A stretch of DNA of 64,000 nt from an uncultured virus (IMG/VR IMGVR_UViG_3300022660_003376). Lineage: Duplodnaviria > Heunggongvirae > Uroviricota > Caudoviricetes. Location: the IMG/VR virus record IMGVR_UViG_3300022660_003376, one strand, 5' to 3'. The notes beneath the pieces were generated by a model. That model did not search any database and was not told the DNA's origin. It saw nothing but the letters and a program-made list of their open reading frames with translations. Position 1 is the stretch's first letter. Each line of letters begins with the position of its first letter. The position numbers and the translations under genes are program-made. Positions 39,798-50,132 of the stretch are shown piece after piece.

Positions 39798-40469
39798 ATG
39801 AATATTTTAATAAGAAATTATGAAAATACCTGTAGGTCTAAGGGTATTGTTCCTCATGTTATTAGAAAACGTGGTAAGGATTATGTATTAATAGCGTGTG
39901 GTGTTGGTTGTGATGATATACCTGATTTTGTAACTAAAATAGGTGACGGTGCTTTTAGACGCTCACAGATGAAGTCAATTCATATACCAAGGGCAGTACG
40001 TAGCATAGGAAAAGAAGCATTTTACAGTTGCAGATTTTTAACCGAGGTGCATATAGAGGATAACAGCACGCTAAGGACAATTAAGTCTAAAGCTTTTGAA
40101 GCATGTTTTTCTTTACGGAGTATCACACTTCCAGACGGAGTAGTAAACATGGGTAGTTCGATATTTAGAGACTGCCTAAAGTTAGAACATATACAGTTGC
40201 CAAGTAAGTTACATACAATACCGAGTTATATGTTTTACAACTGTAAGGCATTATCAGATTGTATTATACCCGATACAGTACATACAATATGTAAAGGTGC
40301 TTTTGGAGGTACTGGTTTTGATGCTGTGGTTATTCCAGATTCAGTACGAAGTATTGCTTCTAAGGCATTTGTTGGTTGTGCTAAGTTACGTAGCGTGAGA
40401 TTACCTGAGCAAGTAAAGCATATTGATGCTTCGGCATTTATGTTTTGCAGTGCACTGCAGGGTATATAA
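39798..40469 (+). CDS. BspA-type LRR protein retaining at most the last helix of the N-module
   Basis: IPDFVTKIGDGAF followed by about 8 LRRs. Confidence 0.8.
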   Translation: MNILIRNYENTCRSKGIVPHVIRKRGKDYVLIACGVGCDDIPDFVTKIGDGAFRRSQMKSIHIPRAVRSIGKEAFYSCRFLTEVHIEDNSTLRTIKSKAFEACFSLRSITLPDGVVNMGSSIFRDCLKLEHIQLPSKLHTIPSYMFYNCKALSDCIIPDTVHTICKGAFGGTGFDAVVIPDSVRSIASKAFVGCAKLRSVRLPEQVKHIDASAFMFCSALQGI

Positions 40470-40585
40470 ATATTATTAGTTTACAAATAACCTAGGTAGA
40501 ATGTTAAGTTATTCGATGAGTACAAAGCTTATTGATATGCATGACAATTTAGCCTAGGTTTTTCTATATAAACAGGGGGTATCTT

Positions 40586-41446
40586 ATGTTATTTTTGAGG
40601 TATTGTTTGTCGGAAGATGAGTTTGTTATTGAGGATACACGAGATAATTCTACTAAAACATTGTCTTTAAGTGAAATACGTGATAACAGGCTTAGTATTT
40701 ATGGTTTCGAGGAGAACCATTCGGGGCATGTTTCTTATAGAAGTTTATTTGATATTTATAGTCGATATGTAATGCGACAGCGATTAGTGCAAGATAATAC
40801 TTTCGAATTGAAGTTCATTAGGAGCAAAATAACTAAGAGGGAATTTATAATACTGGAACGTGTTAGAACCGATGCAGAATTTATAAGTATTCCTGAATTC
40901 GTAGAAATTATAGGAAAAGGGGCATTTCAGGATTGCAAAAATTTAGCACGAGTTCGTCTTTCTAGTTACACTTATAGAATTGGTGACTCTTGTTTCAGGG
41001 GTTGTGAGAAATTAGAGGAAGTAGACATACCTGAGGGGGTAATTAGGCTAAACGATAAGACGTTTTACAATTGTGTTTCTTTAAGGCGTGTAGGTTTACC
41101 TAAGGATTTACGCTTTATAGGCAAATCATGTTTTCGGTATGCGACTGAACTAACGAGCATAGACTTACCTGATAGTGTGGTATCAATATGTGATGATGCA
41201 TTTGCAGACACAAGCATAACGGGTATCTCATTGCCAAAAGGTCTTGAAGTACTGGGTAAACACGCATTTAGTGACACAAAGCTAACAAGAGTAGAGATAC
41301 CAGACAGTACAGTCTTAATTGATTTCTGTGGTTTTGATGAATGTAAGACCTTAAAAGAGATAGTTGTATCGGAGCATTCGAAGGCGTATTCAAGGGTAGC
41401 ATTATTGGGTAGGTTAAACGGGATAAGGGTAATCAAACGGAGGTAA
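40586..41446 (+). CDS. BspA-type LRR protein with shared N-terminal module
   Basis: MLFL..FVIEDT..IYGF...YVMRQRL; LRRs. Confidence 0.88.
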   Translation: MLFLRYCLSEDEFVIEDTRDNSTKTLSLSEIRDNRLSIYGFEENHSGHVSYRSLFDIYSRYVMRQRLVQDNTFELKFIRSKITKREFIILERVRTDAEFISIPEFVEIIGKGAFQDCKNLARVRLSSYTYRIGDSCFRGCEKLEEVDIPEGVIRLNDKTFYNCVSLRRVGLPKDLRFIGKSCFRYATELTSIDLPDSVVSICDDAFADTSITGISLPKGLEVLGKHAFSDTKLTRVEIPDSTVLIDFCGFDECKTLKEIVVSEHSKAYSRVALLGRLNGIRVIKRR

Positions 41447-41447
41447 T

Positions 41448-42227
41448 ATGTTATACTTAAAAGAAAGGATTTCAGATAACGAATATTTAGTCGTAGACAC
41501 ACTAAACGAGGTGGAATTACATCTCACTAGGGACGAGATAAAAGAGCAGGGTTTGTATGTTGAGGGTTTAGGTAGAAGCATAACAACATATAAAAGCTTA
41601 GAAGACATTGTTTGTAGGTATATGATGCGACAAAGGTTAATGGGTGACTCTATAAATATATTTGATTTAAAGGTTCGTTCAGCTAGGTGTACTTACGGTG
41701 TTCGACCTATGATAGTTCTCGAAAGGGTATGCATAAACAACCCTAGTACACCACTAGTGTTACCGAAAATAGTAGAGGGTATCGGTAGAAAGGCTTTTTC
41801 TAATATAGGTAATATTCAAAAAGTAATATTTACGAGAAACATAGAGTGTATGGTTAGTAAGTGTTTAGCTAACACGCAAGTGCAAGTGTTAGAATTCTCA
41901 GAGGGTGTAACTTCTATACCTAGGGAGGCATTTAGGCTTTCAAAGCAGTTATGTTGTGTTAAGTTTCCTAATAGTTTAGAGTACATATCAGACTATGCTT
42001 TTTATGATACTAGTTTAAAGAGTGTGAGTTTTCCAAAGTCATTGAAGGTAATTGGGGATTATGCGTTTGCAAATTCTAGGGATTTAGAGAGTATAAGGTT
42101 TAATTCCTCTGAGACGAGGGTATCTTCTACAGCATTTGATGAATGTGTTGGGCTTAAGAGTGTAACAGCACCAGATGAGTTAATTAATAAACATGATTGT
42201 TTAAGAATACCTATCAGTTTAAGTTAA
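41448..42227 (+). CDS. BspA-type LRR protein with shared N-terminal module
   Basis: MLYL..YLVVDT..VEGL...YMMRQRLMG; LRRs. Confidence 0.88.
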   Translation: MLYLKERISDNEYLVVDTLNEVELHLTRDEIKEQGLYVEGLGRSITTYKSLEDIVCRYMMRQRLMGDSINIFDLKVRSARCTYGVRPMIVLERVCINNPSTPLVLPKIVEGIGRKAFSNIGNIQKVIFTRNIECMVSKCLANTQVQVLEFSEGVTSIPREAFRLSKQLCCVKFPNSLEYISDYAFYDTSLKSVSFPKSLKVIGDYAFANSRDLESIRFNSSETRVSSTAFDECVGLKSVTAPDELINKHDCLRIPISLS

Positions 42228-42240
42228 GGAGTATAAAATT

Positions 42241-43581
42241 ATGTATTACGTAAAGGATAAATACGAAGACGATACTATATTGGTCGCAAGTTCATTGAGT
42301 GATGAAACTTTTAAAATGAGTATTGACGAAGCAAGGAATTCAGATAAAGAGATAGCAGGGGTAGGTGCTAAAAGTATAACTGTATACTCTGATATAGAAA
42401 AGTTTGTAGCAATGATGAATATGAGAATACGTCTAGCAGGGGTAAGTACATCTAGTTTCATGTTGGAATACGGTAGACTTGCTTTTCGGGAAGATGAGGA
42501 ACAGTGTTATGTAAAGGCTACAAATTTCATACATAATAGGGGTAATGTAGTCGAAGTTCCACGCTATGTAGACGCTTTAGAGGCTAAGTTGTTTGGATGT
42601 GCGTTGGGTATAGATAGGGTAATTCTTCATGATAACATAGTAGCTCTTGGGTATGGTTGTTTTGAGGGTAGTAGTATTCAGGAGATAGATATTCCAAGTA
42701 AGGTTACACAGATTTCGAATGCTGTCTTTAGTCTATGCAGTAATCTTAAGAGGGTATCTTTACCTAGTTCAGTAAAGGTTATAGGTTATAGTGCATTTGA
42801 TGCTTGTAATGCATTAATTGAAATAAACTTGCCAGATGGGTTGACGGAAATAGCAAATTTTGCATTTACAAGATGTTCATCTTTGGTTTTTACTTCATTA
42901 CCTAAGAGTTTGGTATCCTTAGGTACAGCGAGTTTACCTCAGGTATGTGGTGAATTTGATTTACCGAGTATACAGGATATTGGAGCACGTGCTTTTAGGA
43001 ATAGTCAACAACTAAGGGGTGTCACAACTGGTGAAAAGCTCGTTAGTTTAGGTTCAGGTGCATTTTGGTTGAGTGGTGTTGAACATGTAGATATGTCTAG
43101 GTCTGAGTGTTTATTGGAGATACGTGAGGATACATTTACGTCTTGTACTAAATTAAAGCAGATAAATCTCCCCGACTCAGTACAGAAGATTGGTGATAAG
43201 GCGTTTAGTTTATGCACTAAGCTGAGTGAGTTTAAGTTCCCATCCTCATTAATTAAGATTGGGGTAGAAGCTTTTAAGGGGTGTCCGTTAACGAGGATAG
43301 AGTTTGGAAATGCGGTGACTACAATAGGCTCTGATGCTTTTGCACAGTGTACTAAGGTAGAGGAAATAATATTTCCAGACAGCTTAGAGACTATTGGTGC
43401 TTGTGCATTTATGAATTGTTATAATTTATCCTCTATTAGTTTGCCTGCAAGTATTAAGAAAATAAGTGAGCTTGCCTTTTCATACACTAATTTAAAGAAA
43501 GTTTATCTTAGAGGAGGCGGTTGGTCTGGGGTCGAGATGACTGATGCTTTTGATGAAGGTGTAGAGTTTATAAGGGTATAG
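42241..43581 (+). CDS. BspA-type LRR protein (tandem paralog A1)
   Basis: N-module plus LRRs; 5' and 3' ends near-identical to 43681-45018. Confidence 0.9.
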   Translation: MYYVKDKYEDDTILVASSLSDETFKMSIDEARNSDKEIAGVGAKSITVYSDIEKFVAMMNMRIRLAGVSTSSFMLEYGRLAFREDEEQCYVKATNFIHNRGNVVEVPRYVDALEAKLFGCALGIDRVILHDNIVALGYGCFEGSSIQEIDIPSKVTQISNAVFSLCSNLKRVSLPSSVKVIGYSAFDACNALIEINLPDGLTEIANFAFTRCSSLVFTSLPKSLVSLGTASLPQVCGEFDLPSIQDIGARAFRNSQQLRGVTTGEKLVSLGSGAFWLSGVEHVDMSRSECLLEIREDTFTSCTKLKQINLPDSVQKIGDKAFSLCTKLSEFKFPSSLIKIGVEAFKGCPLTRIEFGNAVTTIGSDAFAQCTKVEEIIFPDSLETIGACAFMNCYNLSSISLPASIKKISELAFSYTNLKKVYLRGGGWSGVEMTDAFDEGVEFIRV

Positions 43582-43680
43582 GAAGGGTTGTTATATGCAA
43601 TTTGAAAGTGAGACAATTAAATTCAATAAGGGGTATCAAGAAAAACAATAGTGAGGTATTTAAGTTAAGGAGTATAAATT

Positions 43681-45018
43681 ATGTATTACGTAAAGGATAA
43701 ATACGAAGACGATACAATATTGGTCGCAAGTTCACTGAGCGATGAAACATTTAGAATAAGTATTGACGAAGCAAGGAGTTCAGATAAAAAGATAGCAGGG
43801 GTAGGTGCTAAAAGTATAATTGTATACTCTGATGTAGAAAAGTTTGTAGCTATGATGAATATGAGAATGCTTTTAGCAGGGGCAAGTACATATAGTTTCA
43901 GGTTGGAATATGGCAGACTTATTTATCCGACTTACGACAAACAGTGCTATGTAAAAGCCGTAGATTTTTCTTATACTCAGGGTAAAGTAGTTGAAGTTCC
44001 ATACTATGTGGATGTACTAGAAACGGATTTATTTGCAGGGGTACAGGGTTTAGATAAAGTAATCTTACACAATGACATAGTAGAAATATGTTCAAACTGT
44101 TTCTCAGAAAGTAGCATTCAGGAGATAGATATTCCGAATAAGATTGAGAAAATTCCGTATAGTGCTTTTAGTGATTGTGTAAAACTCAAGAAGGTATCTT
44201 TACCTAGTTCAGTAGAGGTTATAGGTGATAGTGCATTTGAGGGTTGTTATGCGTTATCTGAGATAAATTTACCAGAGGGTTTGACTGAAATAGCGAGTTT
44301 CGCATTTGCAAATTGCTCGTCTTTGGTTTTGACCTTATTACCTGAGAGTTTGGTATCTATATGTCCATCAGGGTTACCTCAGTTACAGGGGGAGTTCAAT
44401 TTACCAAACATAGAATATTTAGGGACTAATGTTTTTACTGTTCAGTATGGCTTAAAAGGTGTTACAACTGGTGAAGTGTTTGATAGTTTGGATAAGATGG
44501 CATTTAGTCATAGTTCTGTTGAATATGTAGATATGTCTAAGTCCATAAAATTAAGGGGTATACTTGACAGAACATTTGAGGAATGCATTAACTTAAAGCA
44601 AGTACTTCTTCCTGATTCAGTAGAGTATATCAGTGCTGGAGCATTTTGTAAGTGCATGGCATTGAGTGATATAAAATTTCCGTCAGCATTGAACAGAATA
44701 GGGGTAGAAGCTTTTATGGAATGTCCATTAACAAGAATAGAGTTTGGAGATGCAGTAGCTACAATAGGTCGCATGGCTTTTGCACAGTGTACTGAAGTAG
44801 AAGCGGTGGTATTCCCAGACAGCTTAACAAGGATAGAGTCGTATGCGTTTACGGGTTGTTCTAGGTTATCTTCTATTAGTTTACCTGCTAGTATTAAGAA
44901 AATAGGTGAGCATGCTTTTTCGCATACAAACTTAAAGAAGGTATATTTTAGAGGAGATTGGTCTAAAATCGAGATGACTAATGCTTTTGATGAAGGTGTG
45001 GAATTTATAAGAGTGTAG
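43681..45018 (+). CDS. BspA-type LRR protein (tandem paralog A2)
   Basis: N-module plus LRRs; duplicate of 42241-43581. Confidence 0.9.
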   Translation: MYYVKDKYEDDTILVASSLSDETFRISIDEARSSDKKIAGVGAKSIIVYSDVEKFVAMMNMRMLLAGASTYSFRLEYGRLIYPTYDKQCYVKAVDFSYTQGKVVEVPYYVDVLETDLFAGVQGLDKVILHNDIVEICSNCFSESSIQEIDIPNKIEKIPYSAFSDCVKLKKVSLPSSVEVIGDSAFEGCYALSEINLPEGLTEIASFAFANCSSLVLTLLPESLVSICPSGLPQLQGEFNLPNIEYLGTNVFTVQYGLKGVTTGEVFDSLDKMAFSHSSVEYVDMSKSIKLRGILDRTFEECINLKQVLLPDSVEYISAGAFCKCMALSDIKFPSALNRIGVEAFMECPLTRIEFGDAVATIGRMAFAQCTEVEAVVFPDSLTRIESYAFTGCSRLSSISLPASIKKIGEHAFSHTNLKKVYFRGDWSKIEMTNAFDEGVEFIRV

Positions 45019-45029
45019 GAGGGGTTTGG

Positions 45030-46025
45030 TTGTTATATGCAACTTGCAAGCGAGATGCTAATATAATATCTGTAATGGATTCTATAACTGGCAAGACTCA
45101 CGATTATAGTTTAGGGGAAATAAAGTCAAATGGTTTAAGAGTCTATGGTGTACTTTCAAACAGTGTTAGATATTATAGTAGTATGAGTCAAATTGTAGAT
45201 ATGTATATGATGCGTCAGAAGTTAGTTGGTTCTTGTAAATTCAATATAGAGTTTGTAAAGGATGCTGAGAAATACAGTGGCGAGGGTATTTCCACATTAA
45301 AAGTATATACAGGGTGTGATTCTTGTGTTGTAGTACCCGATATAGTGGAAAAGCTAGGGGCGTTTTTATTTAGTGAGAATACTATTGTGAAAGTTATTAA
45401 GCTACATGAGGGTATCATTGAGATTGGTGTTTGTTGCTTTGAGAGGTGTACTGCATTAGAGTCTGTACATATTCCTGATAGTGTTAAGTTTATCGGTAGT
45501 TATGCGTTTAGTTACGCTCATATATCTGAGGTACGTTTACCAAGTAGTTTAGCGGTAATAGCAAAGGGTAGTTTTAGGGGTTGCTCATTATTACGGCATG
45601 TCAATATACCAGATAGTGTAACGAAGATTGCAGTTAGAGCATTTCAGAAGTCTGGTTTAGAGTCTATAAACTTCCCAAGTAGCTTAGTTACAATAGAAAT
45701 GGAAGCGTTTTTAGGGTGTGAAAAGTTAAGAAGCATAAGGCTACCAGACGGTATAAAATACTTACATAAGGGTTGTTTTTCGCAGTGTACTAGTCTAACT
45801 AAGGTTGAGTTACCTAATTCTTTATTGATTATAGAGAGTGAAGCATTTTGTTACTGTAATATTATGTCTATAAGACTGCCGAAGAACGTTAAGTTGATAG
45901 ACCTAGGTGGTTTAGAAAACTGCTATGGTTTAATGGAGATAAGGGTATCTCACAATGCTGTCTGTGCAAATGATTTAAGAAATAGTGATGTTTTATCTGA
46001 GTATATAATATGGGAGGATGAATAG
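45030..46025 (+). CDS. BspA-type LRR protein with shared N-terminal module (TTG start)
   Basis: MLYA...VYGV...YMMRQKLVG; LRRs. Confidence 0.88.
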   Translation: MLYATCKRDANIISVMDSITGKTHDYSLGEIKSNGLRVYGVLSNSVRYYSSMSQIVDMYMMRQKLVGSCKFNIEFVKDAEKYSGEGISTLKVYTGCDSCVVVPDIVEKLGAFLFSENTIVKVIKLHEGIIEIGVCCFERCTALESVHIPDSVKFIGSYAFSYAHISEVRLPSSLAVIAKGSFRGCSLLRHVNIPDSVTKIAVRAFQKSGLESINFPSSLVTIEMEAFLGCEKLRSIRLPDGIKYLHKGCFSQCTSLTKVELPNSLLIIESEAFCYCNIMSIRLPKNVKLIDLGGLENCYGLMEIRVSHNAVCANDLRNSDVLSEYIIWEDE

Positions 46026-46027
46026 TT

Positions 46028-47566
46028 TTGAGATACGTTAAAGATATAAATGAAGATGGTACTGTTGTAGTGTGTGAAACAAACTTTGCTAAGTATGAAA
46101 CATGGCGTGTAGAGAATATACTTGCTGATGAGTCAATAAAAGTTTGGGGTATTCATAAATCTGGTGCTGTAACACCGTACAAGAGTCGTGAGGATATTGT
46201 TGCTCGCTACATGATGAGACACAAACTTGCTGGGTTAGATATATTTGATATAAAATATATTCCACTCAGGACAGATGATGAATGCTTCTATTATAATTTA
46301 GACTGTTTAAGTAAGATTGAGTTAAGAAAATGTAAGGATACATCATCTGAAATTATAGAAGTGCCAGAGTTTGTGGATGTGATAGGTGAGGCTTCGTTTA
46401 ACGACTGTATGCTTGAGGAAATAGTTTTACCTACAACTTTAAGGGAGATAGGTGTTGGTGCTTTCTCTGAGTGTATTTGTCTAAAGAGTATCGAGATAAA
46501 TGCATTAGATGTTGTAACTGTGGAGGATGTGCCATTCAAATTAGGTGCATCAGCGTTTTCTGATTGTTATTCTTTACAGAGTGTAGACTTACCTGAGGGT
46601 ATAACGGAAATTGCGGAATATACTTTTTATCGGTGTAGAAGTTTAGTTGATGTATATTTACCGAACTCTATAAAGTTTATAGGTGATGGTGCTTTTGAAG
46701 AATGCAAGGCTCTTGAGAGTATAGACTTACCAGAAAGGCTTGTAGGGCTAGGTAAGACCGCATTTGCTTCTTGTTCTGCATTACGGAGTGTGGTGATACC
46801 TGAGAGTATAACTGTAATTGAGGATGGTACTTTTGCGTACTGTTCAGCTCTTGAGAGTATAAAGCTTCCAGACAGTATAATAACTTTTGGTGAATATGTA
46901 TTTACTCACTGTCCATCATTACAGAGTATAGCGATTCCAGAGGGTATGGGTACGCTTAAGGCAGGTACTTTCTCGCACTGTGATAACTTAACTGATGTAT
47001 GCTTACCGAATTCTATAGAGACTATAGGTGCAGATGTTTTTAGGCACTGTACATCTCTTGAGAGTATAAAGCTTCCAGACAGCTTAACAACTTTGGGTGT
47101 TAATGCATTTTACGAGTGTAGCTGTTTAAAACATATTGAGTTACCAGATACTCTGGGTATTATACAGGATAATACATTCAGTTATTGTTCTTCACTGGAG
47201 CATATAAAACTTCCTGCAAATTTAAAAGAGATATGTAGTGAGGCGTTTAGGGAGTGCTACAAGCTGACAAGTATTGACTTACCAGAGGGTCTTGAGGAAA
47301 TAGAGGAGTTTGCTTTTTTGCTTTGTGAGTCCTTAAAGGAATTAAAACTTCCTGAGTCTTTGAAATTATTTGATAGTAGTGCTATACACGGTACGTCAAT
47401 AGAGGTAATCAGAATACCAGACGGGGTTTTATCAGTGACAGGTGTTGAAGATTTTGGTGATGCGAAGAAGTTAAAGAGGATAGAAATATCAAAGAACGCT
47501 GAGTGTTACGATGGTTTTATTAATTCAGCACCAGAGAGTGTAAAGCGATTGATAAAGGTTATTTGA
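46028..47566 (+). CDS. BspA-type LRR protein with shared N-terminal module (TTG start)
   Basis: MRYVKD...VWGI...YMMRHKLAG; about 16 LRRs. Confidence 0.9.
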   Translation: MRYVKDINEDGTVVVCETNFAKYETWRVENILADESIKVWGIHKSGAVTPYKSREDIVARYMMRHKLAGLDIFDIKYIPLRTDDECFYYNLDCLSKIELRKCKDTSSEIIEVPEFVDVIGEASFNDCMLEEIVLPTTLREIGVGAFSECICLKSIEINALDVVTVEDVPFKLGASAFSDCYSLQSVDLPEGITEIAEYTFYRCRSLVDVYLPNSIKFIGDGAFEECKALESIDLPERLVGLGKTAFASCSALRSVVIPESITVIEDGTFAYCSALESIKLPDSIITFGEYVFTHCPSLQSIAIPEGMGTLKAGTFSHCDNLTDVCLPNSIETIGADVFRHCTSLESIKLPDSLTTLGVNAFYECSCLKHIELPDTLGIIQDNTFSYCSSLEHIKLPANLKEICSEAFRECYKLTSIDLPEGLEEIEEFAFLLCESLKELKLPESLKLFDSSAIHGTSIEVIRIPDGVLSVTGVEDFGDAKKLKRIEISKNAECYDGFINSAPESVKRLIKVI

Positions 47567-48026
47567 GTACAAATTGGGGTACTAATTAACTGAAATTGCT
47601 TAACTAGAGACAGACTGTCAAAAAGCAGACATAGTTTTGCTATGCTAGTCGTGACTTTTTCAATCAATTAGTTTTATGGGTTTTGACTATTAAACAGAGT
47701 AAAAAAGCATGATATTGAGCAAATTTTACGAGATAACCTGCACTTGTAGGTTCTTATGTGCAGGTTTTTAAATTGTATTTTTCAAATTTAAATTTTATAA
47801 TACTGCATTAAACTACATTAGTTTATGTAAACTTTAAATATAAATATTTATAAGATATTATTAAAGTATTATATGCTTCTGTTATCCAAGAGGACAGTAA
47901 AATAGACGTAAGCAACTCAAGGGGTAGCTCAACATCATATACAACTGTTGTTGAGGCAGAAGCAATCAGTAGACCTGTTTTTTGGTTTATGTGGAAACGA
48001 TAATATATTTATGTAGGAGGTCTAAT

Positions 48027-48782
48027 ATGTTGTATGTGAGTGGTAAAACAGATGATGATTTATTGGAAGTGACTGACTCTTATGATAGGACGACAAGACT
48101 CATAGGTATAGAGGATGCACTTGCTCTAGGCACTAGGGTGCATGGCTTACATTCTAATGGCACTGTTACGGTATATTCTAGTGTACAAAAGTTTCTCGAT
48201 ATGTATCGTATGAGACAGGCATTATGCAACAATTCTGTATCTTACGAGATAGATTACGATATATCATTAGGTTTAATTACAATGCGTTCGTGCTCGTTAT
48301 CGGATAGTGCAGTACATGATTTAGTTATACCAGATTTTGTAGACTATATAAAAGAGTATGTTTTTGAGAAGAAATTAAATTTGAGAAGCATAGTAGTACC
48401 TGAGTCGGTAGAACTTATCGGGTATGCTTGTTTTCGTGGATGTGAAAACTTAGAAAGTGTCATAATAGAGGGTACTTCTGGCTCTGAGTTAGATATAGGC
48501 GAATATGCTTTTGAAAACTGTAGGAAGTTAAGGCATGTACATTTAAGAGAGGGTATGCGTAGCATCTCTAGGCATTGTTTTAATAATTGTACTGGTTTAC
48601 ATGAGTTACAATTACCAAATTCATTAGTACAGATAAATGCTTTTGCATTTGAGGGTAGTGGTTTGAAGACAATAAGAATACCTGATTCTGTCAAGGTTTT
48701 AGATGATACTGCGTTTGCGTGGTGTGCAAATTTGAAATTTGTATATACTTCTGGTGCAGTACAGAGCATGAAAAGGGGCTGA
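48027..48782 (+). CDS. BspA-type LRR protein (six-copy subfamily, B1, short)
   Basis: MLYVSGK..LLEVTDS...YRMRQALCN; AGGAGG RBS. Confidence 0.88.
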   Translation: MLYVSGKTDDDLLEVTDSYDRTTRLIGIEDALALGTRVHGLHSNGTVTVYSSVQKFLDMYRMRQALCNNSVSYEIDYDISLGLITMRSCSLSDSAVHDLVIPDFVDYIKEYVFEKKLNLRSIVVPESVELIGYACFRGCENLESVIIEGTSGSELDIGEYAFENCRKLRHVHLREGMRSISRHCFNNCTGLHELQLPNSLVQINAFAFEGSGLKTIRIPDSVKVLDDTAFAWCANLKFVYTSGAVQSMKRG

Positions 48783-48855
48783 TTTATGCATTAACTAATG
48801 AGAGGTACGTTAGTTTATGCAATTTTAATATAAATATTTATATAGGGTGTTTAGT

Positions 48856-50100
48856 ATGTTATACGTGAGTGATAAAATAAGTGATGATTTAATAGAAGTG
48901 ACTGATTCTTACGAGGATAAGGGAAAACTTATAAGTGTAAAGGATGCTCTTGCTCTAGGCACTAAGGTATATGGTTTACATTCTAACGATACTATTACAG
49001 TGTATTCTAGTGTACAAAAGTTTCTTGATATGTATCGTATGAGACAGGCGTTATGCAATAGTCCAGTATCTTATGGTATAGATTATGACATATATTTAGG
49101 TTTAGGTTTGATTACGATGTATTCCTGCACGTTATCGGACAGTGTAATACATGATTTGGTTATACCAGATTTCATAGACTTTATAGACGGTCACGTTTTC
49201 GAGAAGAAATTAAATTTGAGAAGTGTAGTAATACCTTCGTCAGTAAGAAGTGTGGGGTATGGTTGCTTTCGAGGGTGTAAAAACTTAGAAAGTGTTGTAA
49301 TAGATGGTATTTCTGATTTAGACATAGGTAACTCTGTTTTTGAGAGTTGCGAGAGGTTAAGAGATATACATTTAAGAGAGGGTATACGTATTATTTCTAA
49401 GAGTTGTTTTGAAGGGTGCACTTGTTTACACGAGTTACAATTACCAGACTCATTAGTACAGATAGGTGATTCTGCGTTTCAGTTTAGTGGTTTAGAGACA
49501 ATAAAAATACCTGATTCTGTTAAGGTTGTAGGGGGTAGTGCGTTTACGCGGTGTGCTCGTTTGAGATATGCATACATTTCTGATGCAGTACAGACAATAC
49601 AAAGTTACTGTTTTAGTGGTTGCATTAATTTAGAAGAGGTGCATTTACCTAAGGGTTTAAAGAAAATAGCCGAGTATGCTTTTAAGAGGACTAATTTGAA
49701 AGAACTTTGGTTACCAGACACTGTAGAATTTGTAGGTTTAAGTGATTTTACTTCTCCTGAGAAATTATTATCACGTTTAAGAATATCTAAGGCATTGCTT
49801 TTGAAAAAACAATATGCTGTGTTCAACCATTGGTATGTTGATACTGTATACTTACCTGAGGGTTTAGAGGAGTTAGATTTAAATTATATTTTAGGTTGGC
49901 ATTTTAAAGTGATACGGTTTTCAAAGTCAGTTAAGTTAAGGAATGCGTCTGTTTTATGTTCACGTAGGATAAATCAAAATGTATATTTATATGGAATATC
50001 AGATTCTATAGATAGAGTAGAGGTTTATGATGGCTCAGACGCACACATTAAGTTAAGTATGTTAGAGGAGTTGCGAGATAAGCTAAAAATAATAAAGTAA
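48856..50100 (+). CDS. BspA-type LRR protein (B2, full length)
   Basis: Paralog of B1 with C-terminal cap EVYDGSDAH. Confidence 0.9.
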   Translation: MLYVSDKISDDLIEVTDSYEDKGKLISVKDALALGTKVYGLHSNDTITVYSSVQKFLDMYRMRQALCNSPVSYGIDYDIYLGLGLITMYSCTLSDSVIHDLVIPDFIDFIDGHVFEKKLNLRSVVIPSSVRSVGYGCFRGCKNLESVVIDGISDLDIGNSVFESCERLRDIHLREGIRIISKSCFEGCTCLHELQLPDSLVQIGDSAFQFSGLETIKIPDSVKVVGGSAFTRCARLRYAYISDAVQTIQSYCFSGCINLEEVHLPKGLKKIAEYAFKRTNLKELWLPDTVEFVGLSDFTSPEKLLSRLRISKALLLKKQYAVFNHWYVDTVYLPEGLEELDLNYILGWHFKVIRFSKSVKLRNASVLCSRRINQNVYLYGISDSIDRVEVYDGSDAHIKLSMLEELRDKLKIIK

Positions 50101-50132
50101 TGTAGTTATTAGGAGCAAGGAGGATGTTTGAT

